Part shown: one piece after another, positions 35,237-45,857 of the stretch | Position numbering within the stretch: the stretch's first letter is position 1 | Layout: every line of letters begins with the position of its first letter | Source: Methanoregula sp. | GTDB taxonomy: Archaea; Halobacteriota; Methanomicrobia; Methanomicrobiales; Methanospirillaceae | Direction: 5' to 3' | DNA: 64,000 nucleotides | Assembly (NCBI GenBank): GCA_003141335.1 | Contig: PLLR01000058.1 | Location: forward strand, 1,009-65,008 | Notes under the pieces: generated by a model | Seen by the model: only the letters and a program-made list of their open reading frames with translations | Database searches by the model: none | What the model was told of the DNA's origin: nothing | Program-made: the position numbers and the translations under genes

Positions 35237-37402
35237 TCACCCGAAATGACTGAGTGTTGACTGACCCGAAGGGGAGTTTATACCGTCCTCTTTCATAGGT
35301 AACACTCCCTTTTTTTTCTGAAGCTGATTAAATATCTGCTCGGCTACACCCAGCCCAAGTATCTTTGTCACCTCTTCAATTCCGCGCATCAGGATCTCGT
35401 CCGGAGTTGTCATCCTGTTGTTGAATAGTCTCCTCGCACGAACCCTGCCGATCCCACGCAACCGGATAAGTGGCAGAAGCTCTCGCCGCGTACCGTTTTT
35501 CATGCAGATTTCGTATTCCCGCACTTTTAGATGAAAAGCCGATGCAAACATTCGCGCAAGCTCCGCACTTGCGTGCAGGAGCCAGGTTACACTTTCCACC
35601 ATCCCATAGATATCCCCGGGTCCAACCGAATACCGCTCGCAGATTTTTGTGTCTGACAGCTCATCAGTCCAGTCAGAGAGGAGCATCGCGGTTTTTAATG
35701 CACGGTAATATGCCTCTGCAGCTTCATCATCACGCGGCAGCGCGAGCCAGAGCTCTTCTGAATGAGCATCAATCATCCTTGATAATGCAGCAATATCGGT
35801 ATTCCGTACATAAAGTTTGGGCATATCCGGAGTACTGCAAATTACCTGGAGGAGACCAAGATCGGTATACACATCCTTTTCGCGCAGAGTACTGACAATC
35901 ATTGCAGCACTTCTGGGATCTATATAGAGTTTTGAAACAACGGTGCCAAACTCAGTTGAACCGAGATGTTCTCCGACTTCTACTACCATGTCAGAAGAAA
36001 CGAGGAACGCGAGTGCTGCATCCACCGCTCGCTGTATGAGGTGTCCCTGCCGGTGTTCGTGGACATAGAATGTCCGGTTCATAAAGGAGGAGAGCTCGTC
36101 ATGGTTTTTTGCAAAACCGGATGCAATGAGAGATAAAATATGGGTATAAAGCGCTGCAGGTTCTGCGATTTTGGAGTGAACCTCTTCCGGGGGTGCCTCG
36201 ATATAGCAATCAAACAGCTCCTCTACCTGCCCCTCATCCTTGGCAATGAGTACGGCCTCACCATAGGGATCGAGCCGTGGGCGACCGGCCCTTCCTGCCA
36301 TCTGGTGATACTCGCTCACCGGGATCGGCTGCATTCCCTCACCGGCTGCAAACCGATGGTAATCTCGGATGATCACTCTCCGTGCGGGAAGGTTGAGTCC
36401 AGCAGCAAGGGTTGGTGTTGCAGATATGCATTTTATCAGACCCTTCCGGAACCCTTCTTCGACAACCGAACGCTCAGGACGGCTCAAACCGGCATGGTGA
36501 AAGGCGGCACCCTTGGTTACGCATGCAGCAAGTAATTTTCCCATATCAGTCTCTGTACTTTTCTGGATACGCCCGGCATATACCGCGAGTTCAGGATCTT
36601 CGCTTTTTATTGCTGAAGCAGCGCGTTTTGCGAATGCCTCAGCATTACGGCGAGATGATACAAAGACAAGACATTGCCCCCCTTCAGCGATTGTGTCAAG
36701 AGAGAGGTTGAGATCATCGTAATTTTTTGATACCGCTTTGACAGCGCGGGTCCCATCACGGAAATGGATGCAGTTATTGAAAAAGACCCCCTGCCGGAGG
36801 TCAACAGGGCGCCATGTGCTCGTCACAAGTTCCGCACCGAGCCAGCTGGCAAGCTTATCAGGATTTCCAATAGTTGCAGACAGTCCGATAATCTGCATGG
36901 AGGGATTTTGGAACCGCATCTTGGCAATCACCATCTCAAGTGTCGGGCCACGTCCTTGCGAGTCAATCAGGTGGACTTCATCTACAACCAGGAGCGTAAT
37001 ATCTGCTATCCACTTTGCACTATTGCGCAGGAGCGAATCCACCTTTTCACTGGTAGCGACAATGATGTCATTTCTTCCCATCATATCATCACGACGGTCA
37101 AAATCACCCGTCGCAATACCAACCCTCACACCTTTATCGCCAAACTCCTCAAATTTCTCACTTGCAAGTGCTTTGAGGGGAACGATATACAGGCATTTCC
37201 CACCATTTGTAATGGTATGGTGCATAGCCATTTCGGCAATCAGGGTCTTTCCACTGGCTGTAGGAATGGCAACGAGCAGGTTTTTCCCTGCTAGCATTCC
37301 TTTCTCCACGCATTCGGCCTGAGGGGGGTAGAGCTCTGAAATACCTGCCTGGGCATACCTCTGCTTGAGATTTGTGGGGATTGCGAGGTCCTGGATAAGC
37401 AT
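35237..37402 (-). CDS. hel308: Hel308/Ski2-type DNA helicase
   Basis: 721 aa from ATG 37402. Motifs [23 protein letters not shown] and HHAGL, plus a C-terminal HhH-like domain. Confidence 0.9.
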   Translation of the reverse strand: MLIQDLAIPTNLKQRYAQAGISELYPPQAECVEKGMLAGKNLLVAIPTASGKTLIAEMAMHHTITNGGKCLYIVPLKALASEKFEEFGDKGVRVGIATGDFDRRDDMMGRNDIIVATSEKVDSLLRNSAKWIADITLLVVDEVHLIDSQGRGPTLEMVIAKMRFQNPSMQIIGLSATIGNPDKLASWLGAELVTSTWRPVDLRQGVFFNNCIHFRDGTRAVKAVSKNYDDLNLSLDTIAEGGQCLVFVSSRRNAEAFAKRAASAIKSEDPELAVYAGRIQKSTETDMGKLLAACVTKGAAFHHAGLSRPERSVVEEGFRKGLIKCISATPTLAAGLNLPARRVIIRDYHRFAAGEGMQPIPVSEYHQMAGRAGRPRLDPYGEAVLIAKDEGQVEELFDCYIEAPPEEVHSKIAEPAALYTHILSLIASGFAKNHDELSSFMNRTFYVHEHRQGHLIQRAVDAALAFLVSSDMVVEVGEHLGSTEFGTVVSKLYIDPRSAAMIVSTLREKDVYTDLGLLQVICSTPDMPKLYVRNTDIAALSRMIDAHSEELWLALPRDDEAAEAYYRALKTAMLLSDWTDELSDTKICERYSVGPGDIYGMVESVTWLLHASAELARMFASAFHLKVREYEICMKNGTRRELLPLIRLRGIGRVRARRLFNNRMTTPDEILMRGIEEVTKILGLGVAEQIFNQLQKKKGVLPMKEDGINSPSGQSTLSHFG

Positions 37403-37554
37403 GTTAAATCCTTTTGATAAACTCCTTAAAATCCCCACAAAGCCGATGCAAATCGCGGTTTTTAAAAACTTTGTTCATACTATCGATGTATTTTCCAGGG
37501 GAAATCAGGCAAATGCGTATATTGGAATAGGGGAATTTGATGGCATTTCAGGCA

Positions 37555-38100
37555 TCAGTAATAATAACTTATCATATCCTGCTTTGCCTCTTTCTTTTTC
37601 CTGTCCAGGAATGCAAAGACATTTTCATGGGGCACGCCCTCAATCAACATATCGATGGCAGCTCGTGCTGTTTTGAGTTGCTCGGGATAACCGATCAAGG
37701 CGATAGTCTTTCCAAAGACAGAAATCTCCACATCTGTCATATCCTCAATCTGCTCACGTGCACGACCATCTTTTCCTATTATCCTCCCCCTGAGCCGGTC
37801 GAGCTGGCGCGGACCTTCTGCCATACCGGAGAGATCAATAACATCGAGGAGTAGATCTTCATCCTCAATCATTTCAAAAGCACGTTCCGGTGAGAATCCC
37901 CGGTTGATGGCGTTGATAATCTCCACTGCCCGCAGGAGAGGTACTGTGTGCTCTTCAGAACTCTCAACCTTCACGAGCCCTTCTTTACTATCGACGGTAA
38001 TTGTTGTGTGGGTCTTTATTTCAAGCTCTTTTTTTGTTGCACCGCCTTTTCCAATCAGTACGCCCACCCTGCTTCCGGCGATTTTTACTTCTTGCATCAT
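37555..38100 (-). CDS. KH-domain RNA-binding protein (Dim2/Pno1-like)
   Basis: Trimmed to ATG 38100. Two KH GxxG loops (IGKGGATKK, IGKDGRARE). Sits next to the rio1 kinase, as is typical in archaea. Confidence 0.8.
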   Translation of the reverse strand: MMQEVKIAGSRVGVLIGKGGATKKELEIKTHTTITVDSKEGLVKVESSEEHTVPLLRAVEIINAINRGFSPERAFEMIEDEDLLLDVIDLSGMAEGPRQLDRLRGRIIGKDGRAREQIEDMTDVEISVFGKTIALIGYPEQLKTARAAIDMLIEGVPHENVFAFLDRKKKEAKQDMISYYY

Positions 38101-38182
38101 TTTACTCTCACCTCGAATATGGGATATAATTGTGCATTTCACAGCACCGTTCTGGTATATATCATAACGTTGTTCGTAGTTA

Positions 38183-38959
38183 TCATGGTTCAGCTGTATC
38201 AAGCCCGGTCACTGCATTGAAAATTTCGACATCATTACGCACATCGCAGCGGTTTTTAAAAAACCTGTTGATATTGCGGATATCCCGCATCAGGAACTGG
38301 TAAGCTCGGGGGTGATCACGGGTGACCGATTGACCCATATCAATGAGATAGGGTTTTTCGCCGTATAATATATTGAACTCGCTCAGGTCCCCATGCACGA
38401 GTTCAGCTTTGTTGTAGAGGAGATCAATATACTTCATGATGGTTGCATAGCATCCCGCCGGGTCATCAAAATCGGCATTTTTAAGCTGGGGGTAGGGAAT
38501 TTCATCCTCCCCCAAATATGACATGATCAGAATATTCCGGTCCCATACGAGTGGCTCGGGAACGGGAATACCCGCCTCCTGAGCCCGTGCAAGATTAGAG
38601 AACTCCTTTCTTGTCCAGGCAAAGACCAGCTCTTTACGGGATTTTTTTACGCGGGAAAATCTGCGGTCTCCCGTGATGTAGGAGCTCATCGTAGTAAAAT
38701 TTGCCGTGCGGATCCGGTAAATCTTGATGGCAACCCCTACCCCCTCACGCTCACCGTAAAACACATTCGCTTCTTTACCGGTGCTGATCGATCCACCAAT
38801 TACCGACAACCACTTTTTATGGACAAGCTTGTAGAGTGCAAGAAGCGTGACATCGTCAAAAACATCTTCGGAAACTTTGAACTGGTCAGCATCTTTGATG
38901 CGGACACCCATCTCTTCTAATCTCTTATCGAATTGATCCAGTCGTTTCTCAAAACTCAC
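38183..38959 (-). CDS. rio1: RIO1-type serine/threonine protein kinase
   Basis: 258 aa with ISTGKEANVF, LVHGDLSEFNIL and IDMGQSV motifs. Confidence 0.88.
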   Translation of the reverse strand: MSFEKRLDQFDKRLEEMGVRIKDADQFKVSEDVFDDVTLLALYKLVHKKWLSVIGGSISTGKEANVFYGEREGVGVAIKIYRIRTANFTTMSSYITGDRRFSRVKKSRKELVFAWTRKEFSNLARAQEAGIPVPEPLVWDRNILIMSYLGEDEIPYPQLKNADFDDPAGCYATIMKYIDLLYNKAELVHGDLSEFNILYGEKPYLIDMGQSVTRDHPRAYQFLMRDIRNINRFFKNRCDVRNDVEIFNAVTGLDTAEP

Positions 38960-38995
38960 AGAGAGCCACCATCATTCACTAGGTAATTTTGCATC

Positions 38996-39937
38996 TTACC
39001 GTATATATTCCCGTACCGGCTCAAATATTTCAACAAGGGACTCACCACAGGATTTCTTCAGGTCGAGCGGATGCACCTCACCCCTGCCATAGGACGCTTC
39101 AAGATCCGGATAGGTTGTAAAAGTCCGGTCACCGCCGAATTTTTCCGGTCTTTTAATGGTAATCTCTGGAAGACGGGGAAATATATGAAATTGGAATATC
39201 TGGAGAACCGGATTCTCCGGAATCTCAGGAGGACAAAACGCCTTCTGACATTTTTTCCGAATTTCATCTTCTGTATCAGCAACGGATATGTAATTGCCCT
39301 GCGAAGACGACATCTTTTTTCCATCAAGCCCGTTAAGAATGGGCGTGTGGATACAGACCGGAGCTTTGTATCCAAAGTTGATCAGGTGCTCACGGGCCAG
39401 CATATGGATCTTTCGCTGATCTATACCTCCGACTGCAGCATCAACACCCAGCATAGCGATATCCGCCATCTGCATGATCGGGTATACCATCTGTGAAACC
39501 GTTGGATGATCCATCTGCCTCCCTACTTCATCCATGCTCCGTGTTGCCCGGTTTAAGGTAATCTGCTGCGAGAGCTGGAGCACAAGCAGTTCATATTCCC
39601 GGTTAAGCTGAAGATCGGACCCAAGCACATATGTTACATTCTTCAGGCCCAGCCCCTCAAAGCAACGCTTGTTGTAATCAGCAAGCTCCCGGATTTTTTC
39701 CATTGTTCCTTTTCGATTGAGGAAGGCGTGGAGATCGGCAAGCAGGACGATGACTTCGAAACCAGCGGTCTGAAGATCTACAAGTTTATTTATGGTGACG
39801 AGATGGCCGAGATGAATCTCACCACTGGGTTCATATCCTGCATAGACCTTTTTATGTGGTTGGGCGAGAAGTGCGCGGAGGTCGTCTTCTGTGACGACCT
39901 CCACAGTATTACGGGTTGCCTGCTCGTACGCGTCCAT
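38996..39937 (-). CDS. tyrS: tyrosine--tRNA ligase
   Basis: 313 aa. Class I HIGH-type (GEIHLGH) and KMSKS-type (KMSSS) motifs. Archaeal TyrRS size. Confidence 0.93.
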   Translation of the reverse strand: MDAYEQATRNTVEVVTEDDLRALLAQPHKKVYAGYEPSGEIHLGHLVTINKLVDLQTAGFEVIVLLADLHAFLNRKGTMEKIRELADYNKRCFEGLGLKNVTYVLGSDLQLNREYELLVLQLSQQITLNRATRSMDEVGRQMDHPTVSQMVYPIMQMADIAMLGVDAAVGGIDQRKIHMLAREHLINFGYKAPVCIHTPILNGLDGKKMSSSQGNYISVADTEDEIRKKCQKAFCPPEIPENPVLQIFQFHIFPRLPEITIKRPEKFGGDRTFTTYPDLEASYGRGEVHPLDLKKSCGESLVEIFEPVREYIR

Positions 39938-39962
39938 TAAAAAATATGGGTTATAATGGGTG

Positions 39963-40994
39963 TTAATAGTTATTCTGGATGGGGGAAAAACCGAGAGCGT
40001 CGTTGGTGGTAGTTATCGATTTTGTCGCATCCTTCTCAAGTCCCACCATCGCGCGGATTGCATCAATATTCTCGACGACCACATCAGCCTCCTGGTGAAT
40101 TGCCTGGAAAAAGCAGAGCTCGTTATTGTTGGCGTAGATTGATTCTTCAAAGATGCAGTTCTCCCAAAGGTCAGAGCGTTGCCTGCCGAGATCCATGGCA
40201 AACTCCTTAAGTTCGGCAGTACTTTTTATCCCAAGCGTCTTTTTGATAAGTCCAAGGCGCGGGTGGTTTTTTATGAGATCGATAACCCTGTCACGGTTGA
40301 CCGGTTTTTTAGTAGTAATCTGGATTGCATGCATGTGCATCATGGTGGTTGGCACGATCATCGCCATTGTGGTGATAGAAATGTGAGGTAATACTGTCTG
40401 GACATCCGGGCCATGGTGACTGGGTACACCAACGGGATCCAGAACAACAGCATCGATCGGTCCTTTTTTTATCTCTCCCGGATCAGATCCCCGCCGGACC
40501 ATGACTGCATGGACATGCGCAACACCATACTCCTTATCAATTTCGTGAATGATCCGGCAAAGGCCGGTTGTATTACATGAAACCACTCTCACAAACTGCC
40601 TGCCAATCGCATCTTTGTAGTTACATGAAGAGTTGAAAGAGAAACCCGCTATCCCGTGCTCTTCGCCACCTTGCCAGAGTGCCTTTATCCCGAGCTTTTC
40701 ATAGAGCGGTTTATTCGTTGCCCCCACGTCCCCCGGTGTTGCATCGACGACAACATCGGCTGCTTTGCACATATCCTCAATGGATCCGGCAACTTTAAGC
40801 CCGGCTTTTTCGAACGCGGCCTTTTTTGACAGATCCGCAATGTAGAGCGGGTAGCCTCGTTGTTTTGCTACAAATGCTTCGGCGTTCGGGCGGGTCTTTG
40901 ATACCCCGATCACCTTCATGTCCTTCTGGGCGGCAACCGCATCGGCAACACGCTTTCCGATAGTGCCGTAACCATTGATGGCAACCTTAATCAT
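39963..40994 (-). CDS. gap: glyceraldehyde-3-phosphate dehydrogenase, archaeal type II
   Basis: 343 aa with the N-terminus MIKVAINGYGTIGKRVADAV and the active-site SCNTT. Confidence 0.95.
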   Translation of the reverse strand: MIKVAINGYGTIGKRVADAVAAQKDMKVIGVSKTRPNAEAFVAKQRGYPLYIADLSKKAAFEKAGLKVAGSIEDMCKAADVVVDATPGDVGATNKPLYEKLGIKALWQGGEEHGIAGFSFNSSCNYKDAIGRQFVRVVSCNTTGLCRIIHEIDKEYGVAHVHAVMVRRGSDPGEIKKGPIDAVVLDPVGVPSHHGPDVQTVLPHISITTMAMIVPTTMMHMHAIQITTKKPVNRDRVIDLIKNHPRLGLIKKTLGIKSTAELKEFAMDLGRQRSDLWENCIFEESIYANNNELCFFQAIHQEADVVVENIDAIRAMVGLEKDATKSITTTNDALGFSPIQNNY

Positions 40995-41014
40995 ACAATC
41001 TTACATGGCGGTCG

Positions 41015-41022
41015 TATATAAA
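41015..41022 (-). promoter_or_regulatory. TATA-box candidate for gap (leaderless or very short leader)
   Basis: The - strand reads TTTATATA, centred about 24 nt upstream of the gap ATG and preceded by a T-run (BRE/TATA context). Confidence 0.4.
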
Positions 41023-41205
41023 AAAAATAGCTATGCGGAAAAAATGTACCTGTATCCACCACGGTCAAAAATTCCTGGCCCCCCCTCCAAAACATTGAGG
41101 AAATTATGAAGGGATGATTCCCTGCACATCCTTGGGAAAAAATCGGCCGGAATTCCTGTTATTTATGCAATTCAGAGGATTAACTGTCCTCCAAAAAAAG
41201 ACACC

Positions 41206-41697
41206 TCAAAGGAAGAGACCCTGAATTTTTATTATCTCTGTACTATCCTTTGCGGTTGTGTACAGGTCAAGCGGCTCCTGGTTCACCTCTAAAAAGCGGA
41301 TACCCCAGCTGACTTTTGAGAGGAGTTCTGCCGCCCGCTCCTTTTCACCAATAATATACAGTGCTCCAGCAAGTGCCTCAACAGATGATAGCACACAGGG
41401 TTTACCGAAATTTACCGGATTTGCTGCCACTAAAAAAGGAAGTGCACGCCGAATTCTCCACGAATGAACTTTCCCGGTGTCCAGTACTACCCATGAGCAA
41501 TCCAGTACCGTGATGGATCTGACATGTTTATCCGCAGGTGAGAGCGCCTGCTCGGCAGTAGGATCAAGAAGCAGGGTATTTCTTGGAATTTGCGAAATTT
41601 TATTAAAAATTTTTAAAAAACCAGCTTTTTCAAGTTTTTTGACCGTACACTTCCGGGGGTCACAACTGTTATCCCGATATGCATACAGCGGCATCAT
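41206..41697 (-). CDS. tsr3: 16S rRNA aminocarboxypropyltransferase Tsr3 (DUF367)
   Basis: 163 aa with CDPRKCTVKKL, LDCSW and LVAANPVNFGKPCVLSSVEALAGALYI. Confidence 0.8.
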   Translation of the reverse strand: MMPLYAYRDNSCDPRKCTVKKLEKAGFLKIFNKISQIPRNTLLLDPTAEQALSPADKHVRSITVLDCSWVVLDTGKVHSWRIRRALPFLVAANPVNFGKPCVLSSVEALAGALYIIGEKERAAELLSKVSWGIRFLEVNQEPLDLYTTAKDSTEIIKIQGLFL

Positions 41698-41727
41698 TGA
41701 TCATCTGTGCGTGCACACACTGTATCA

Positions 41728-42585
41728 ATGTACGTCCTCTGCAGCCCCTGCATTCTTAAACCGGCGCTGCGTGCAAAAGGGATCACGAAACCTGCTGATC
41801 TGGTGCTGTTCGAGCGATGCACCGAACGCTGCAAACGCTTTGGTATTGAAATGGTGCCGCTGCCGTGCCCGGAGACGTTGTACCTTGGTCCTGATAGAAA
41901 ACCCGGGACATTTCTTGAACGGCTGAACACCCCGGCATTTGCTAGTTTGATGGACAAGCTTGAATTACAAGTGCAGGATATCATAGATGAACGGGGTCCA
42001 CCCCTCTGCATCCTTGGTGTCAATTCTTCCCCTACCTGCGGAGTAACCAGCACCTATTATGGGAGTGAGGATAAACAACCGCCAAAACGGACGGGACGGG
42101 GGGTTTTTATTGCACGGTTTCCAACAATCAGGGCGATGGACGTGATGACATTTTCTCAATATCACGTTTATCTGGCAGCCCCTCTTTTTTCAGAAGCTGA
42201 ACGTGCTTATAATCTATCGATTGCCGGGCATTTGAGAAATAATTTTTTTGATGTATATCTGCCTCAGGAAGCGGGTGATGATTCACCTGCAAGGAATAAA
42301 GAAGAACAGGTTCGGATCTTTTCAGAAAATTTGAAAGCTCTTGAAAATGCCGACATAATCGTTGCCATTATCGATGGCGCGGATGCCGATTCGGGCACTG
42401 CATGGGAGATGGGGTATGCGTATGCCCATAACAAACCAGTGATTGCAGTTCGCACAGATTTCCGCAAGGCCGGAATGCACGAGCAGGTAAACCTGATGCT
42501 GGAACAGTCTTCGACCGTTGTGACCAGCAGGGAAGATCTCATGCGTGAACTCGCACCCTTCTCGGTCAGAAAGCCCTCGCCATAA
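41728..42585 (+). CDS. fusion protein: DUF523/TudS-like Cys-rich domain + nucleoside 2-deoxyribosyltransferase-like domain
   Basis: The N-terminal half has CSPC..., LPCPETLYLGPDRKP and NSSPTCGV, which is the DUF523 pattern. The C-terminal half has VYLAAPLFSEAER and DSGTAWEMGYAYAHNKPVI, which is the NDT family pattern. Confidence 0.6.
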   Translation: MYVLCSPCILKPALRAKGITKPADLVLFERCTERCKRFGIEMVPLPCPETLYLGPDRKPGTFLERLNTPAFASLMDKLELQVQDIIDERGPPLCILGVNSSPTCGVTSTYYGSEDKQPPKRTGRGVFIARFPTIRAMDVMTFSQYHVYLAAPLFSEAERAYNLSIAGHLRNNFFDVYLPQEAGDDSPARNKEEQVRIFSENLKALENADIIVAIIDGADADSGTAWEMGYAYAHNKPVIAVRTDFRKAGMHEQVNLMLEQSSTVVTSREDLMRELAPFSVRKPSP

Positions 42586-42717
42586 CCCGTGATTAGAATG
42601 CTGCTGGATCGGTCGGGTGATTTTTTCCCGTTAATTAAACAGACACGAAAACTGATCGTTTATTTCGAAAACCCTTGAAGGAACCTTCATGACGGAAGCA
42701 AATCCTATCCTTATCTG

Positions 42718-43794
42718 ATGAAGATCGCGGTAATCCTGGGAACCCGCCCGGAAATAATCAAGATGTCCCCCATCATCCGGAACCTCACAAAAAGGGGGGA
42801 TGAGTTTTTCATTTTACACACCGGCCAACACTATTCCTACGAGATGGATAAGTCCTTTTTCGATACCCTTGAGCTGCCGGATCCGCGCTACAACCTCGAT
42901 GCAGGCTCCGGGAGCCACGCGGAACAGACTGGAAAGGTAATGCTGGGCATAGAAACCGTCCTCCAGAAAGAAAAACCTGGCGTCGTCCTTGTTCAGGGGG
43001 ACACCAACACGGTGCTTGCCGGAGCTCTTGCCGCTGCAAAACTCCACGTGAAGGTTGGGCACGTCGAAGCCGGGCTGCGAAGCTTTGACAGGAGAATGCC
43101 TGAAGAGGTAAACCGCGTGGTTGCTGATCATATCTCAGATTACCTTTTTGCACCCACGGAAATCGCACGTGCGAACCTCTTGCACGAGGGAATAGACAAA
43201 AAGAAAATCTTTGTCACGGGAAATACCATCGTCGACGCCGTTTTCCAGAACCTGGAAATCGCACAGAAACGGGGGGACATCCTCTTAAAACTCGGGCTTT
43301 CACACGGAAAGTACTTCCTCGTCACCGCACACCGGGTGGAAAATGTCGACGATGAGCCTCGGCTGAAAAAGATTATCGCCGGCCTGATGACTATCGGGAA
43401 AAAATACGCACTACCGGTAATTTTTCCCGTTCACCCACGGACAGAAAAAAAGCTCCGGGAGTTCGGCATCTTGCCGACCGGAATTACCTTCATCCCACCG
43501 AAGAACTTCCTTGAATTTCTCCAGCTCGAGGCACACGCAATACTGGTCCTGACCGATTCGGGTGGTGTCCAGGAGGAGACCTGCATCCTCGGCGTTCCAT
43601 GCGTAACCCTTCGTGACAACACCGAACGACCGGAGACGGTCGATGTTGGGGCGAATATACTCTCGGGGGTAGAGCCCGACGCGATCCTCAAAGCCGCTGA
43701 TGCCATGCTTGGGGTGCCGCGGGACTGGAAAAACCCGTTCGGTGATGGTACGGCCTCGGAAAAGATCGTCAGTATCTTGAGTGAAAATGCATAA
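42718..43794 (+). CDS. wecB: UDP-N-acetylglucosamine 2-epimerase (non-hydrolysing)
   Basis: 358 aa with GTRPEIIKM, VQGDTNT, HVEAGLRS, PEE.NR and TDSGGVQEE motifs. Confidence 0.92.
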   Translation: MKIAVILGTRPEIIKMSPIIRNLTKRGDEFFILHTGQHYSYEMDKSFFDTLELPDPRYNLDAGSGSHAEQTGKVMLGIETVLQKEKPGVVLVQGDTNTVLAGALAAAKLHVKVGHVEAGLRSFDRRMPEEVNRVVADHISDYLFAPTEIARANLLHEGIDKKKIFVTGNTIVDAVFQNLEIAQKRGDILLKLGLSHGKYFLVTAHRVENVDDEPRLKKIIAGLMTIGKKYALPVIFPVHPRTEKKLREFGILPTGITFIPPKNFLEFLQLEAHAILVLTDSGGVQEETCILGVPCVTLRDNTERPETVDVGANILSGVEPDAILKAADAMLGVPRDWKNPFGDGTASEKIVSILSENA

Positions 43795-44151
43795 GCTGTT
43801 CTTGCCGATACAGCATCTCTCTCTGTACGCTTCAGCGGCATCGGATCGTAAGTTCCGCGCAGAAAGATCGTGAGTGATATATCGTGGAAAAAGTGGATGA
43901 TTATCTCTCTGCTGCGAAAGAAAGATAACCGCTTTTGTTCCTGGGGAAAGTCTTCTCTTTTATCCTATGATATCCATAGGTTGACATCTCGCAAAGCGGT
44001 TCAGCAGATGAGGTAGTAAGGGCCATTGTGCGTCTGAAAAATTTCCCTGAACGCTCTCTAAACCTTTTTTAGTAATGTCTATCCCGGATGGCAAAATTCT
44101 TGACTGGTGCCGACTGACAAACTAAATAGAATCTTTACAAAACAGGTATGA

Positions 44152-45684
44152 GTGCACATGGCCAAGAAACGAGACGATCCAAAAAAATCCAAAAAATCAC
44201 ATGACATAAGGGAATGCAACCTTGATGGAGAGTTTATTTCTCCACTCCATTCGATAAGGGACTTCACAGCCGGCAATATAAAAAGCGTGCTTGTCAACAG
44301 CAGGTACGCGCAACTCCTCCTTTCCCTGACCGTTGCCGGACTATTCCTGCGATTTTTTAACCTTGGCTTCAACTCGATCTGGCTTGACGAAGCTGCGACT
44401 TATAACGCCTCTCTCGGAACATTCTCCGGGATCTGGCAGACCATGGCTGCGGGAGATTTCAATCCTCCCCTTTTCTACTGGATCGAGCACGTCATGCTCA
44501 TGGTGGGGAATAATGAAGTAATCCTACGGTTTGTACCCGCACTCTTTGGGATCCTGACAATTCCGGTGATGTACTTCGCAGGAAAGGAATTTATGGACAG
44601 AAACGTCGGTATAATTGCGGCTGCTGCTGCGGCGTTCTCCCCGTTCCTGATATTCTACTCCCAGGAAGCACGGGCCTATTCGATGGCGCTCTTTTTTATC
44701 GCGTTTGCAATGGTGTTCTATCTCAAAGCCCTGAAAGAAAATGATATCAAAAACTGGGCACTGTTTGGCGGCCTGTCAGCGTTTGCCTTCTGGTCCCATT
44801 TTTACGTGTTTGTCCTAATCGCATCGCTGGTCGTCTATGCCCTCGCTCTGCAGGCACAGAACATAAGGGAGAATATCAAAAATATCGGGACGATACTCCT
44901 CGCGGTTGTCTTGTTCTCCCTCGCAAGCCTTCCGCTTATATTGGTCACCATCCAGCTCTTCTTCACGAGGACCGCCGCCCCCCCGACCTTCGGGCTCCAG
45001 GGATTTAATATCATTTACCAGATTCTCGTTCTTATCTCAGGCGCCAGCGAGATCCTGCTGGTCCTGTTCGCCGCCTTGTTCATCGTGGGCATTGTCCAGG
45101 CGTATCTCACCGATAAAAAACAAGGGCTGCTCCTTGTATCGATTCTCCTTCTCACGTTTATCATAACGTATGTAATGTCATACAAAATGCCAATGGAACC
45201 CAGGCACCTCATATTTGTAATAGTGCCGGTGTATCTCGGTGTGGCCTCGTCGTATGGAATGTTTTACCGTTTGTGGAACACCCGGGGGATCGTGTACCTG
45301 TTGATGGCCGTCCTTGTCCTCGTCAACCTGCCTATGCTTGCAAGCTACTACACGGAGTATTCCAAGGATGACTGGCGGGGATTCTCGGGGCAGATATCAA
45401 ACCTCACCCAGCCGGGTGACAAGGTCGTTCTTGTGCCAGGTTATATCTCCCTCCCCTTTGATTATTATTACTCGAACGCGACGGACAGGACCCTTGAGTA
45501 TCAGGCCACTACCGTAAAAGATCTCCAGACGATAAGCGCAGCACGGGGTAACAGTACGATGTTTTACATCGTCACGAGCGACATCTTCGCGGTCAACCCG
45601 AATGGCGACGAAGTAGCATGGTTGCAGAACCAGACGAAATCTGCTGGCATGAATGGGGGGATCGTCCTCTTCGTATCCCGATAG
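44152..45684 (+). CDS. GT-C fold glycosyltransferase family 39 (ArnT/PMT-like) membrane protein
   Basis: 510 aa, about 11 TM helices. Contains the first-loop SIWLDEAATY motif and a soluble C-terminal domain. Confidence 0.78.
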   Translation: MHMAKKRDDPKKSKKSHDIRECNLDGEFISPLHSIRDFTAGNIKSVLVNSRYAQLLLSLTVAGLFLRFFNLGFNSIWLDEAATYNASLGTFSGIWQTMAAGDFNPPLFYWIEHVMLMVGNNEVILRFVPALFGILTIPVMYFAGKEFMDRNVGIIAAAAAAFSPFLIFYSQEARAYSMALFFIAFAMVFYLKALKENDIKNWALFGGLSAFAFWSHFYVFVLIASLVVYALALQAQNIRENIKNIGTILLAVVLFSLASLPLILVTIQLFFTRTAAPPTFGLQGFNIIYQILVLISGASEILLVLFAALFIVGIVQAYLTDKKQGLLLVSILLLTFIITYVMSYKMPMEPRHLIFVIVPVYLGVASSYGMFYRLWNTRGIVYLLMAVLVLVNLPMLASYYTEYSKDDWRGFSGQISNLTQPGDKVVLVPGYISLPFDYYYSNATDRTLEYQATTVKDLQTISAARGNSTMFYIVTSDIFAVNPNGDEVAWLQNQTKSAGMNGGIVLFVSR

Positions 45685-45857
45685 ATCTCTCTTTTGAGGC
45701 TTCGCCATTGCCTTCGGCTTAATTTTTGTTGGCCTCTAAATCGTGGGTTGCCTGGGGTTCAAGCAATTTCATTGATATACAAGTATGCTTTTTTACGCGG
45801 CCACCAGAAATGTGACAAAACGAAGGAGTTGTAACAGTTTTCCTGGTTTTTATTACC

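Noticed and set aside
43871-44017. A small GTG-initiated ORF (VSDISWKKWMIISLLRKKDNRF...) in the wecB-GT39 spacer, considered as a possible fragment of a membrane protein.
   Set aside because: It is too short and featureless to support, with no SD or motif. It was left unannotated.
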